A stretch of DNA of 64,000 bases from an uncultured Gemmatimonadales bacterium (GCA_963716255.1 OY970303.1:7552001-7616000); one strand, 5' to 3'; shown: positions 10,558 through 19,910, numbered from the stretch's first letter. Program-made: numbers and translations. Notes: generated from the letters alone by a model not told the origin.

Positions 10558-11844
10558 CTACTCGGACGGGACCGGGGCGGAGGCGGCGACGGGGAGGCGG
10601 ACGGTGAACGTGCTGCCGCGGCCGGGCTCGCTCCCGGCGCGGATGGCGCCGCCGTGGCGCTCGGCGACCATGCGGGCGATGGCCAGCCCCAGGCCGGTGC
10701 CGCCGGCGCGGGTGCGCGCCTCGTCGCCGCGGTAGAAGCGGTCGAAGACGCGCGGCAGCTCTTCCGCGGCGATCCCGGTGCCGGTGTCCTGCACGGACAC
10801 CTCCACCACCCGGCGCTCGCCGTCCTCCTCCCCGGCGGGGGCGCCCAGGCGCAGGGTGACGACCCCGGAGTCGGTGAACTTGACGGCGTTGGAAACCAGG
10901 TTGAGGAACAGCTGCCTCAGCGGGCGCTCCTCGCCGGGGACCGCCACCGGGCCCACGGCCTCCAGGCGCACCTCCACCGGCTTGCCCACGGCCAGCGCCG
11001 CGCCGATCTCGCGCACGTCCTCCAGCAGCGGCAGCAGCTGCACCGGCCGCGCGCCCACCCCCTCCGCCGACTCCTCGCCGCGGGCCAGCGTCAGCAGACC
11101 CTCCACCAGGCCCAGCATCCAGTGCGTCTCGTCCAGCACCTCGCCCAGCGTTTCGCGCAGCTCCCCGGCCGGGCGCTCCCGCGCCAGCGCCACCTGCGCC
11201 GAGCCCTGGATGGCGGTGAGCGGCGTGCGCAGTTCGTGGCTGGCGTCGGCGGTGAAGCGGCGCAGCGCGTCCACCGCGCGCTCCAGCCGCTCGAGCATGC
11301 CGTTGACCGCCAGCGAAAGCTCCTGGAGCTCCGCGGGGCGCTCCGGCACCTCCACGCGCCGCGACAGCCCGCCGATGCCGATCTCCCGCGTGGCTCCCAC
11401 CAGCCGGTCCAGCGGGCGCAGGATGCGGTCGGCGAGGGAGCGGCCGCCCATGGCCGCCGCGGCTGCGGTGACCGGGATGAGGATGAGCGAGATCACCAGG
11501 AAGGTGCGCAGCGCGCGTCCCTCCACGTCGCCGGTGCGCGCCACGTAGATGTCCAGCACGTCGCCGTTGGGGAGCCGCGAGCGCCGCAGCAGCGCCTCCA
11601 CGTCGCCCTTGCCGGGCTTCACCTGCCTTTCCTCCATGGTGACCCGCGGCACGTGCTGCGGGATGATGAGCTGCTCCGCGGTGAGCGCGGACTGCCGCAG
11701 CGAGGCCGTCCCAGCCCCCGCCAGCGTCTGCGCCAGGATCAGGTAGGTGAGCCCCGCGAAAAGCGTCAGCGCCACCAGCAGCACCACGGAGTACCACAGG
11801 ACGATCTCCCGGCGCAGCGACGGCGGGCGGGGTCGTTGGATCAT
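10558..11844 (-). CDS. HAMP-domain sensor histidine kinase
   Basis: Two TM segments, HAMP, FTADASHELRTPL H-box, NLVSNAVKF N-box, DTGTGI and GTGLGL G-boxes. Confidence 0.95.
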   Translation of the reverse strand: MIQRPRPPSLRREIVLWYSVVLLVALTLFAGLTYLILAQTLAGAGTASLRQSALTAEQLIIPQHVPRVTMEERQVKPGKGDVEALLRRSRLPNGDVLDIYVARTGDVEGRALRTFLVISLILIPVTAAAAAMGGRSLADRILRPLDRLVGATREIGIGGLSRRVEVPERPAELQELSLAVNGMLERLERAVDALRRFTADASHELRTPLTAIQGSAQVALARERPAGELRETLGEVLDETHWMLGLVEGLLTLARGEESAEGVGARPVQLLPLLEDVREIGAALAVGKPVEVRLEAVGPVAVPGEERPLRQLFLNLVSNAVKFTDSGVVTLRLGAPAGEEDGERRVVEVSVQDTGTGIAAEELPRVFDRFYRGDEARTRAGGTGLGLAIARMVAERHGGAIRAGSEPGRGSTFTVRLPVAASAPVPSE

Positions 11845-11949
11845 GAGGAAGGGCACGGAACAGGAAAAAGGCAGGGAACAGGGAACAGGAAACAGCCTGC
11901 TTCACACGGTGCACGCGAAGCGTGCAGCGCCACGACGGCTCCCCTCCCG

Positions 11950-12102
11950 CGGACGCCAGCGCGGGACCCGCGTGAGGGATTTCGGCCCGAAGGGGCGAGA
12001 CCCGGCGGGGCTGTTTCCGCCGGGGCTCGACTCCGTTGGGCTGCGTTGTTTGCAGCCCTACGGAGCCGAAGCCCGACCCCGGCGCCAGCCGGGGGCACGC
12101 CC
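11950..12102 (+). repeat. Repeat family A, copy 3
   Basis: Full consensus match, lying between the response regulator and its kinase. Confidence 0.95.
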
Positions 12103-12121
12103 GACCCCAGGTCGTATGGGT

Positions 12122-12802
12122 TCAACTTCCCTCCTCGTCGGGAGTGCGCACGATGTAGCCGACGCCGCGCACGGTCTGGATGACCCGGCGCTCGGGGTCC
12201 AGTTTGTTTCGCAGCGAGTTGATGAACACGTCCACCACGTTGGTCCCGGGGTCGAAGCGGATCCCCCACACGTGCTCCATGAGCACGGCGCGCGACAGGG
12301 GACGGTCGGCGTTGCGCACCAGGTACTCCAGCAGCGCGAACTCCTTGGGCGTCAGCTCCACCTTCTCGCCGCCGCGCCGGACCTCGTGCGAGGCGGGGTC
12401 CAGCTCCAGGTCGCCGGCCCGGAGCACGGCGGGCGCTCCCCCCCCCGTGCGGCGCAGCAGCGCCCGCAGGCGGGCCGCCAGCTCGGGGAAGTCGAAGGGC
12501 TTGGTCAGGTAGTCGTCCGCGCCGGCGTCCAGCCCCTCCACCTTGTCCTCCACGCGGTCGCGCGCGGTGAGCAGGAGCACCGGGAAGGTGATCCCCGCCT
12601 CGCGCAGGTCGTGCACCAGCTGGGTGCCGCTGCGCCCGGGGAGCATCACGTCCACCACGGCGGCGTCGAACCCCTCGGCGGACGCCTTGCGGAAGGCGGT
12701 GTCGCCGTCCTCCGCGGTCTCCACGGTGTACCCTTCCTCGCGCAGTCCCTTCCGCAGGAAACCCAGGATTCCTACGCTGTCTTCCACCACCAGGATCCGC
12801 AT
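12122..12802 (-). CDS. OmpR/PhoB-family response regulator
   Basis: MRILVVED, DVMLPG, GADDYLTKPF, LTPKEF and IQTVRGVGY. Confidence 0.95.
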   Translation of the reverse strand: MRILVVEDSVGILGFLRKGLREEGYTVETAEDGDTAFRKASAEGFDAAVVDVMLPGRSGTQLVHDLREAGITFPVLLLTARDRVEDKVEGLDAGADDYLTKPFDFPELAARLRALLRRTGGGAPAVLRAGDLELDPASHEVRRGGEKVELTPKEFALLEYLVRNADRPLSRAVLMEHVWGIRFDPGTNVVDVFINSLRNKLDPERRVIQTVRGVGYIVRTPDEEGS

Positions 12803-12810
12803 GGCCGCTG

Positions 12811-12850
12811 TATTAACGGGGTTTAATAGAGCCCTAATTCTTCCTTAACC
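12811..12850. promoter_or_regulatory. Four phased YTAAY direct repeats, candidate OmpR-family binding site in a divergent promoter
   Basis: ttaac (12813), ttaat (12823), ctaat (12834) and ttaac (12845): 10-11 bp spacing in an AT-rich island. Confidence 0.55.
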
Positions 12851-12939
12851 GAACCCCGGAACGGGCCTTCGCGCGGCCGGGTAGGAAGCCGCGGAACCAG
12901 GATCACGGTCCCTGAAACGCTCACGGGAGGTTGCACAAG

Positions 12940-14436
12940 ATGAACAGGATCCGCAAGCTCGTGGTGCCGGGCGCGCTGGTCGTCGGGATGGGGGTCGCGG
13001 CGACGGCGATGGAAGTGGCGAAGGACCCCCTCCCGGACCTGGGCGCCCAGGCGGTGCAGCAGCCGTCCGTGGCGGCGCGGATCCCCGGCCCGGAGTCGCT
13101 GTCGTCGGCGTTCCGCAGCGCCAGCAGGGGGACCCTTCCCGCGGTGGTGTACGTCAAGTACGAGACGGCCGCGCGCACGGTGGCTTCGCAGGTCCCGGAC
13201 CAGTTCCGGGGAACCCCCATGGAGCAGTTCTTCGGGGGCGGGCGGCAGATGGTGATGCCGCCGGAGGAGGGGAGCGGGTCGGGCTTCATCATCAGCGAGG
13301 ACGGCTACGTCCTCACCAACAACCACGTGGTGGCCAACGCGTCGCGGGTGACGGTGGTGCTGGCCGACAAGCGCGAGCTGAGCGCCCGGGTGGTGGGGCG
13401 CGATCCCAACACCGACATCGCGGTGCTCAAGGTGGACGCGAAGGGGCTGCCGGTGGCGCGGCTGGGCGAGGCGGAGACGCTGCAGACGGGAGACTGGGTG
13501 CTGGCGCTGGGCTACCCCATGTCGCTGGGGCAGACCACCACGGCGGGGATCGTGAGCGCCAAGGGGCGCTCGCTGGGAATCATGCAGCGCGACCGCACGG
13601 CGACGGCGCCGCTGGAGCACTTCATCCAGACGGACGCGGCCATCAACCCCGGCAACTCGGGCGGGCCGCTGGTGGACCTGAACGGCCGCGTGGTGGGAAT
13701 CAACACGGCGATCGCCTCGCCCACGGGGTTCTACGCGGGCTACGGCTTCGCGGTGCCCATCGACCTGGCGAAGCGCGTGGCCGAGGACCTGATGCGCGAC
13801 GGCCAGGTGCACCGCCCCATGCTGGGCGTGGCGATCCGCGCGGTCACCCCGGCCGACGCGGAGGTGTTCCGCCTGCCGAGCGCCAACGGCGCGGTGGTGT
13901 ACACGGAGCCCAGGGCCCCCGCCAAGGACGCGGGCGTGCGCATGGGCGACGTGATCGTGGCGGTGGACGGGCAGGCGGTGGGCGACGACGGCGACCTCAA
14001 GGCGGCGCTGCTGGCGAAGCGCCCCGGCGAGCGGGTGACGCTGGACCTGGTGCGCTACGGCAGCCGCCAGCGCGCGACGGTGAAGCTGGGCGAGCTGGAG
14101 CTGGAGCAGGTGCGCGACGAAGCCCCGGCGGAGGAATCGCGGGAGCCCACCGGCCGGCTTGGGTTCAGCGTGATGCAGGTGACGCCGCAGGTGGCCCGCC
14201 AGTACGAGCTGCCTTTTTCGGACGGCGTGGTGGTGACGCAGGTGGACCGCGGCGGTCCCGCCGCCAGCGCCCTGGCCGGCGGGATGCGGGTGGAGCGGCT
14301 GAACGGCCGCGCGGTGAGGACGGTGGAGGACGTCCGCGCCGCGGCGTCGGGGCTCAGGGCGGGGCAGGTGGTGTCCATCGTGGCCCGCACGCCGGAAGGG
14401 CAGCAGGCGATCGTGAACTACCGGGTCGGAGAGTGA
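12940..14436 (+). CDS. HtrA/DegP (Do) serine protease with two PDZ domains
   Basis: gggagg RBS, signal peptide, GSGFII, TNNHVV, TDIAVLK and QTDAAINPGNSGGPL. Confidence 0.95.
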   Translation: MNRIRKLVVPGALVVGMGVAATAMEVAKDPLPDLGAQAVQQPSVAARIPGPESLSSAFRSASRGTLPAVVYVKYETAARTVASQVPDQFRGTPMEQFFGGGRQMVMPPEEGSGSGFIISEDGYVLTNNHVVANASRVTVVLADKRELSARVVGRDPNTDIAVLKVDAKGLPVARLGEAETLQTGDWVLALGYPMSLGQTTTAGIVSAKGRSLGIMQRDRTATAPLEHFIQTDAAINPGNSGGPLVDLNGRVVGINTAIASPTGFYAGYGFAVPIDLAKRVAEDLMRDGQVHRPMLGVAIRAVTPADAEVFRLPSANGAVVYTEPRAPAKDAGVRMGDVIVAVDGQAVGDDGDLKAALLAKRPGERVTLDLVRYGSRQRATVKLGELELEQVRDEAPAEESREPTGRLGFSVMQVTPQVARQYELPFSDGVVVTQVDRGGPAASALAGGMRVERLNGRAVRTVEDVRAAASGLRAGQVVSIVARTPEGQQAIVNYRVGE

Positions 14437-14491
14437 GGCGGCGGGGTTGAGGGTATAGATGAGGGGGGGAGGTACGGAGTACGCAGTACGT

Positions 14492-14533
14492 GAAAGGCGC
14501 CTCCGCCGGGAGATCCCGGCGGGGGCACCTTTC
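14492..14533. terminator. Hairpin terminator between convergent htrA and ppa
   Basis: gaaaggcgcctccgccggga-ga-tcccggcgggggcacctttc. Confidence 0.65.
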
Positions 14534-14535
14534 TG

Positions 14536-14685
14536 CGGTCGCGTCGCAAGTTGCGTGAGGGATTTCGGCCCGGAGGGGCGAGACCCGGCGGGGCTGTTTC
14601 CGCCGGGGCTCGACTCCGTTAGCCCGCGTTGTTTGCGGGCTTACGGAGCCGAAGCCCGACCCCGGCGACAGCCGGGGGCACGCCC
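14536..14685 (+). repeat. Repeat family A, copy 4
   Basis: Consensus match; variable stem agcccgc/gcgggct and GGA triloop. Confidence 0.95.
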
Positions 14686-14701
14686 GAACCCGCTGTAGCT
14701 T

Positions 14702-15289
14702 CTAAAGCTCCAATCCCTTGCGCACGTTCACCTTCGCATACGCCTCCGCCTGCTTCTGCTTCATGTACAGGGCGTACCGCGCCATGGACGCGGTGATCAC
14801 GGCGCGGGCGGCGGCGGCGTCCTCCCAGCCCAGCGGCGTGACCCGTACGCCCTCCAGGTCCTTGTAGACGGAAAAGAAGTGCTCCACCTCCTTGAGGAAG
14901 TGGCTCGCCACGTCACCGACGTCGTGGAACTCGTCGTAAAGCGGGTCGTTGCAGGGGACGCACAGGATCTTCTCGTCCATCTCGTCCCGGTCCTTCATGC
15001 GGAACAGCCCCACGGGGCGCACGTCGATCTCGCAGCCGGGGAAGGTGGGGACGGTCACCATCACCAGCGCGTCCAGCGGGTCGTCGTCCTCGGCGTAGGT
15101 CTGCGGGAAGAAGCCGTAGTCGCCGGGGTAGTGCACCGCGCTGTACAGCACGCGGTCCAGCCGGAACATCCCGGTCTTCTTGTCCAGCTCGTACTTGTTG
15201 CGGCTCCCCCGGGGGATCTCCACGATCGCCCGCATCTGGGTGGGCGGGTTCAGGCCGGGCTCCAGCTCGTGCCACGGGTTGATCATCAT
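14702..15289 (-). CDS. ppa: Soluble family I inorganic pyrophosphatase
   Basis: EIPRGSRNKYE, LDRVLYS, YPGDYG, DDDPLD and DEK motifs. Confidence 0.95.
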   Translation of the reverse strand: MMINPWHELEPGLNPPTQMRAIVEIPRGSRNKYELDKKTGMFRLDRVLYSAVHYPGDYGFFPQTYAEDDDPLDALVMVTVPTFPGCEIDVRPVGLFRMKDRDEMDEKILCVPCNDPLYDEFHDVGDVASHFLKEVEHFFSVYKDLEGVRVTPLGWEDAAAARAVITASMARYALYMKQKQAEAYAKVNVRKGLEL

Positions 15290-15402
15290 ATCGGTCTGCG
15301 ATCCATCGTTGCGGTTCCGGTCTGCGCCCCGCGCGGACGCGGGGTCTTTCGGGCCCGCCGGGCGGCCCGCGGGGGGCGAAATCTAAGCCCGCGGGGAATG
15401 CG

Positions 15403-15431
15403 TTGACACCCCCGGAGCGCGGGCCTACCTT
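15403..15431 (+). promoter_or_regulatory. Sigma70-like promoter upstream of nfo
   Basis: TTGACA-17 nt-TACCTT. Confidence 0.55.
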
Positions 15432-15484
15432 GCCGCCGCACACCGTCTGCAGCCCCCCGACCCGCCACAAGGACAGGTCCCAAC

Positions 15485-16330
15485 GTGCTTCTCGGAGCCC
15501 ACGTTTCCACCGCGGGCGGCGTCCGCAACGCCCCGCTGCGCGCGGAGGAGATCGGCGCCACCGCCATCCAGGTGTTCACCAAGCAGCCCAACCGCTGGGC
15601 GGAGCCGGTCTGCGGCGAGGAGGACGTGCGCGGCTTCACCGGCGGCGTGCGGGAGCGGGGGATCGGGTTCGCCAACTCGCACGACTCCTACCTGATCAAC
15701 CTGGCCTCGGCCGACCCGGTCCTCCGCGACCGCTCGCTGGCCTCGTTCAAGGCGGAGCTGCGCCGCTCGGTGGAGCTGGAGCTGGACGCGGTGGTCACCC
15801 ACCCCGGAAACGCGACCGACGGCGACCGCTTGCGCGGCCTGGCGCAGAACGCGGCACTGATCGAGGAGGCGATGGCGGAGGTGCCCGGCCGCACGCTGGT
15901 GCTGCTGGAGACCACGGCGGGGGCGGGGACGGCGCTGGGCGCGACCTTCGAGGAGCTGGCGGAGATGATCGAGCGCATCTCGCCGGAGCACCGGGCGCGG
16001 GTGGGGGTCTGCCTGGACACCTGCCACGTGTACTCGGCCGGCTACGACCTGGTGGGCGACTACGAGGGGGTGGTCGCGAACCTGGCGGACAGCGTGGGGC
16101 TGGAGCGGCTGAAGCTCTTCCACCTCAACGACTCGCAGTGCCCGTTCGGGAGCCGGAAGGACCGCCACGCGGAGATCGGCGAGGGGTCGCTGGGCGACGC
16201 GCCCTTCCGGCGCATCATGACGGACGAGCGCTTCGCGGCGGTCCCCAAGGTGCTGGAAACGCCCAAGGGCGACGACCACACGGCGGCGGACCGCCGCAAC
16301 CTGGCCCGGCTGCGCTCGTTCCTGGGGTGA
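15485..16330 (+). CDS. nfo: Endonuclease IV
   Basis: LGAHVSTAGG, HDSYLINL, LETTAG, CLDTCH, HLNDS, DRHAEIG and LETP. Confidence 0.95.
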   Translation: MLLGAHVSTAGGVRNAPLRAEEIGATAIQVFTKQPNRWAEPVCGEEDVRGFTGGVRERGIGFANSHDSYLINLASADPVLRDRSLASFKAELRRSVELELDAVVTHPGNATDGDRLRGLAQNAALIEEAMAEVPGRTLVLLETTAGAGTALGATFEELAEMIERISPEHRARVGVCLDTCHVYSAGYDLVGDYEGVVANLADSVGLERLKLFHLNDSQCPFGSRKDRHAEIGEGSLGDAPFRRIMTDERFAAVPKVLETPKGDDHTAADRRNLARLRSFLG

Positions 16331-16374
16331 GCGCCCGGAACCGTGCCCGCCTCCGGGGGTACCCCACCGCTCAC

Positions 16375-16734
16375 ATGACCGCCCCGTCCCCGCTCCGCAG
16401 CTGGGCTCACCTGAGCCTGATCGTGGCCGCCCTGCTGCAGTTCGCGGGGGCGGCGGCGGGTCCGTGGGCGCACGAGCTGGGGCGCGGGCACTCGTCCGGC
16501 CACACGCTCTGCGCGCCGGAGCGGCACGGCCCGCACGACCCGGTCTCGCACGACGAGCTGGCGTGCTGGGCGTGGCAGGCGTTCTCCTCGGTGGCTCCGC
16601 CCGCCGCGGACCCGCCCCTCCCGGTCCGCTCCGCGGACACGGTCGCGGTCCTCCCCGCGGCCGAGCTCGGCCTTCCCTCCATCGCTCTCGCCCGCGCCCG
16701 GGCGCGGGCGCCTCCCCCTCCCACGAACGTGTGA
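16375..16734 (+). CDS. His-rich leader protein with C-terminal RAPP motif (DUF2946/CruR-like architecture)
   Basis: 119 aa: hydrophobic N-terminal segment, six His in residues 33-59, C46 and C64, Pro-rich linker, RARAPP near the C-terminus; directly precedes the metal uptake operon. Confidence 0.7.
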   Translation: MTAPSPLRSWAHLSLIVAALLQFAGAAAGPWAHELGRGHSSGHTLCAPERHGPHDPVSHDELACWAWQAFSSVAPPAADPPLPVRSADTVAVLPAAELGLPSIALARARARAPPPPTNV

Positions 16735-16923
16735 CGCCCCTCCCCGGCCGCGCTGGCGCGCGCCGGGAAGCCCGAGGCGTCGGACGGATCCGCCCCGCGG
16801 AGCCCGCAGGCCCGTGCGCTCCTCCCCCGGGAGGGTCGGCGCGCGTCCGGGGTGTCCGGCGGGCGCGGCGTAGTCTCGCGCCGGGACACCGTGTCCCGGC
16901 CGGACCGCACATCCCGGGAGACC

Positions 16924-18177
16924 ATGCGAATCATCGTTTTCATCATCGCGCTCGCGCTCGCCCCGGCGGGCGCGGCATCCGCGCAGCAGGCCCCCGCGCC
17001 CGCGCGCCCCGACTCCGTCGTGCGGGCCGACAGCATCGCGCGCGCCGACTCCATCGCCCTGGTGCGCGAGCTGGAGGGCGCGGCGGGGGAGACCGCGGAC
17101 ACCCTGCCGCAGCAGGGCGGCGGTCCCACCAACCCCCGCCTCCTCCCCGACATCAGCGCCGTCGTGGACCTCTCCGCCGACCTGTCGCCCGAAGGGAGCA
17201 CGCAGGAGGGGGGGCAGCGCTTCGGCGTGCGGGAGGTGGAGGTCGCCATCCAGGCGGTCGTGGACCCGTACTTCCGCGGCGACGTCTTCCTGGGGCTCTC
17301 GGACGAAGAGGGAGCCGTCATCGAGCAGGCGTACCTGACCACCACCTCGCTCCCGTACGGGCTGGAGGCGCGGCTGGGCCGCTTCCTCATGCCCGTGGGG
17401 AAGCAGAACACCACCCACCGCCACGACCTGCACACCCTGGAATACCCGTGGGTGATCCAGCGCTTCTTCGGCCCGGAGGGGCTGAAGGGGACCGGGATCC
17501 AGGCGAGCAAGGTGTTCGCGCCGCTGGGCTTCTACCAGGAGGTGCAGGCCGCCGTGGTGGACCGCCTGGGCGAGGCGGAGGAGCTGGTCGCGGACGCGCC
17601 GGCGAACCGCCGCCTGGGCGGGCTGGGGTACTCGGCGCGGCTGCGCAACTACTTCGACCTGTCGGAAAGCACCAACCTGGAGATCTCCGGGACCGCCCTC
17701 ACCGGGCGCCGCGAGCAGCCGCTGGACGTGGCCGGTGACGCGGAAGTGAACGCCGCCCTGGCGCGCCAGACCACGCTGGGCGTGGACGTGACGTACCGCT
17801 GGCGGCCGCTTCAGCAGGGGCTCTACCGCTCGCTCCTGGTCCAGGCGGAGGTGATGCGCCAGCTCAACGAGGAGGTGGACGCGCCAGGCTACCTGGGGCC
17901 GGACCGCGACTACACCGGGGGCTATGCCTTCGGGAGGTACCAGGTGGGGCGGCGCAGCTTCGTGGGCGCGCGCTACGACCGGGTGCAGGGGTCCGACCGC
18001 GAAGGGCTGGAGCCGACGCTGAGCGCGGCCTCCGGATACCTGGAGTTCTATCCCAGCGAGTTCAGCAAGCTCATGGCCGGGTTCGAGCGGCTGATGCCGG
18101 ACGGCCAGGAGGGCGTGAGCCGCTTCCTGCTGCAGGCCGTGTTCTCCCTCGGGCCTCACAAGCCGCACCCGTTCTGA
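16924..18177 (+). CDS. Putative outer-membrane beta-barrel metal uptake protein
   Basis: Sec signal peptide, amphipathic strands, GKQNTTHRHD, C-terminal GPHKPHPF; gggag RBS. Confidence 0.75.
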   Translation: MRIIVFIIALALAPAGAASAQQAPAPARPDSVVRADSIARADSIALVRELEGAAGETADTLPQQGGGPTNPRLLPDISAVVDLSADLSPEGSTQEGGQRFGVREVEVAIQAVVDPYFRGDVFLGLSDEEGAVIEQAYLTTTSLPYGLEARLGRFLMPVGKQNTTHRHDLHTLEYPWVIQRFFGPEGLKGTGIQASKVFAPLGFYQEVQAAVVDRLGEAEELVADAPANRRLGGLGYSARLRNYFDLSESTNLEISGTALTGRREQPLDVAGDAEVNAALARQTTLGVDVTYRWRPLQQGLYRSLLVQAEVMRQLNEEVDAPGYLGPDRDYTGGYAFGRYQVGRRSFVGARYDRVQGSDREGLEPTLSAASGYLEFYPSEFSKLMAGFERLMPDGQEGVSRFLLQAVFSLGPHKPHPF

Positions 18178-18222
18178 GCCGGACCGGCCATGCGAGGCAA
18201 CTTTTCAGGAGACAAGGGATCG

Positions 18223-19140
18223 ATGAACAAGACTCGCTCGCTCCTCGCCGCCGCCGCCTTCGCGCTCTTCGCGGGGGCCCTGCCGGCGCAGGGACAGCTC
18301 AAGGTGGTGACCAGCACCACCGACCTGGACGACATCGCGAAGGCGGTGGGCGGCAGCCGCGTCACCTCCGTCCACATCAGCGAGGGGTACCAGGACCCGC
18401 ACTTCGTGGAGGCGAAGCCAAGCTTCATCCTGCGCCTGCGCAGTGCAGACGTCTTCGCCTTCGTGGGACTCGACCTGGAGGTCGGGTGGATGTCGCTCCT
18501 GGTGCAGGGGGCCCGCAACCCCAGGATCCGCCCGGGCGGATCCGGCTACCTGGACGTGTCGCGCGCCATCCGGGTGCTGGACGTGGCGCGCGGCGACGTG
18601 GACCGCAGCGGGGGCGACGTGCACCCGCAGGGGAACCCGCATTACTGGCTGGACCCGGAGAACGGGCGGCGCATCGCACGGCTCTTCCGCGACCGCTTCA
18701 CGCAGCTCGACCCGGCGGGCGCCTCCGTCTACGCGGCGAACGCCGCCGCCTTCGAGGCGCGCCTGAACACCGCCGAGCGCGCCTGGGGGCCGCAGCTGGC
18801 CCAGATCAGGGGCAAGCCGGTGGTGGCGTGGCACACAAGCTGGCGCTACTTCGCCCAGTACACGGGCGTGAACATCGTAGCCTTCCTGGAGCCCAAGCCG
18901 GGCGTGCCGCCCTCGCCGTCGCACCTGGCGAGCGTGATCATGACCATGAAGCGGACCGGGGCGAAGACCATCATCATGGAGCCCTTCTACGACAAGCGCG
19001 TGGCCGACCGCGTGGCGGCCGCCGTTCCCGGGGCGAAGGTGCTCGTCCTCCCGCCCTCGGTGGGCGGGGTGCGGGGGGTGGCCGACTACGTGTCGCTGAT
19101 GCGCTACGACGTGCAGCAGCTCGCGGCCGCCGTCCGATGA
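18223..19140 (+). CDS. Zn/Mn ABC transporter substrate-binding protein (ZnuA/AdcA-like)
   Basis: Signal peptide; DPHFVE, GNPHYWLDP, WHTSW and EPKPGVPPS motifs. Confidence 0.92.
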   Translation: MNKTRSLLAAAAFALFAGALPAQGQLKVVTSTTDLDDIAKAVGGSRVTSVHISEGYQDPHFVEAKPSFILRLRSADVFAFVGLDLEVGWMSLLVQGARNPRIRPGGSGYLDVSRAIRVLDVARGDVDRSGGDVHPQGNPHYWLDPENGRRIARLFRDRFTQLDPAGASVYAANAAAFEARLNTAERAWGPQLAQIRGKPVVAWHTSWRYFAQYTGVNIVAFLEPKPGVPPSPSHLASVIMTMKRTGAKTIIMEPFYDKRVADRVAAAVPGAKVLVLPPSVGGVRGVADYVSLMRYDVQQLAAAVR

Positions 19141-19910
19141 GCCTGGTCACCTTCAGCGGAGTGACGCTCGGGTACGGCCGCCGCGCCGTGCTCAGCGGCC
19201 TGAGCTTCGGGATCGAGGAGGGCGACTTCCTGGGCCTGGTGGGTCCCAACGGGGCGGGGAAGACCACCGTCCTGCGGGCCCTGCTCGGGACGCTGAAGCC
19301 CATGGCGGGCACGGTGGCCCGCTCGGGGTCGCTCCGCTTCGGCTACGTGCCGCAGCGCGACCAGGTGGATTACAACTTTCCCCTCAAGGTGCTGGACGTG
19401 GTGCTGATGGGGCGCTTCGACCGGATCGGGCTGGGGCGGCGCCCCTCGGCGCACGACCGCCGGCGGGCCATGGCGGCGCTGGAGCACGTGGGGATCCCGG
19501 AGCTGGCGGAACGCCAGCTCACCGCCCTTTCCGGGGGGCAGAAGCAGCGGACGCTGATCGCCCGCGCGCTGGTGGGGGAGCCCAACGTGCTGGTTCTGGA
19601 CGAGCCCACCAACGGGATGGACCTGGTCTCCACCACCCAGATCCTGGGGCTGGTGCGCGAGCTCCACGAGCGGGACGGGCTCACCGTGCTGATGGTGAGC
19701 CACGCCCTCAACGAGGTGGCCAACTACGTGGAGCGCATCGCGCTGGTGGTCAACGGCGGGTTCCGCATCGGCAGCGTGGACGAGATCATGAGCGAGGAAA
19801 CGCTGAGCGCCATGTACGGGATCCCGGTGGACGTGGACTCGTTCAACGGGCACCGCATCGTGGTGGCGCGGCGCGAGGCGCCGGGGAGCCCGGGAGGCGC
19901 CCGTGCTTGA
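19137..19910 (+). CDS. Metal ABC transporter ATPase (ZnuC-like)
   Basis: GPNGAGKT, GYVPQ, LSGGQKQR and LDEPT; ATGA overlap with the upstream gene. Confidence 0.93.
   Translation: MSLVTFSGVTLGYGRRAVLSGLSFGIEEGDFLGLVGPNGAGKTTVLRALLGTLKPMAGTVARSGSLRFGYVPQRDQVDYNFPLKVLDVVLMGRFDRIGLGRRPSAHDRRRAMAALEHVGIPELAERQLTALSGGQKQRTLIARALVGEPNVLVLDEPTNGMDLVSTTQILGLVRELHERDGLTVLMVSHALNEVANYVERIALVVNGGFRIGSVDEIMSEETLSAMYGIPVDVDSFNGHRIVVARREAPGSPGGARA

Noticed and set aside
11950..12102. Known self-cleaving ribozyme or tRNA within the repeats
   Set aside because: I could not find a hammerhead CUGANGA/GAAA core, a convincing HDV-like nested pseudoknot, or tRNA T-loop and D-loop signatures by eye. A covariance search is needed for a firm exclusion.
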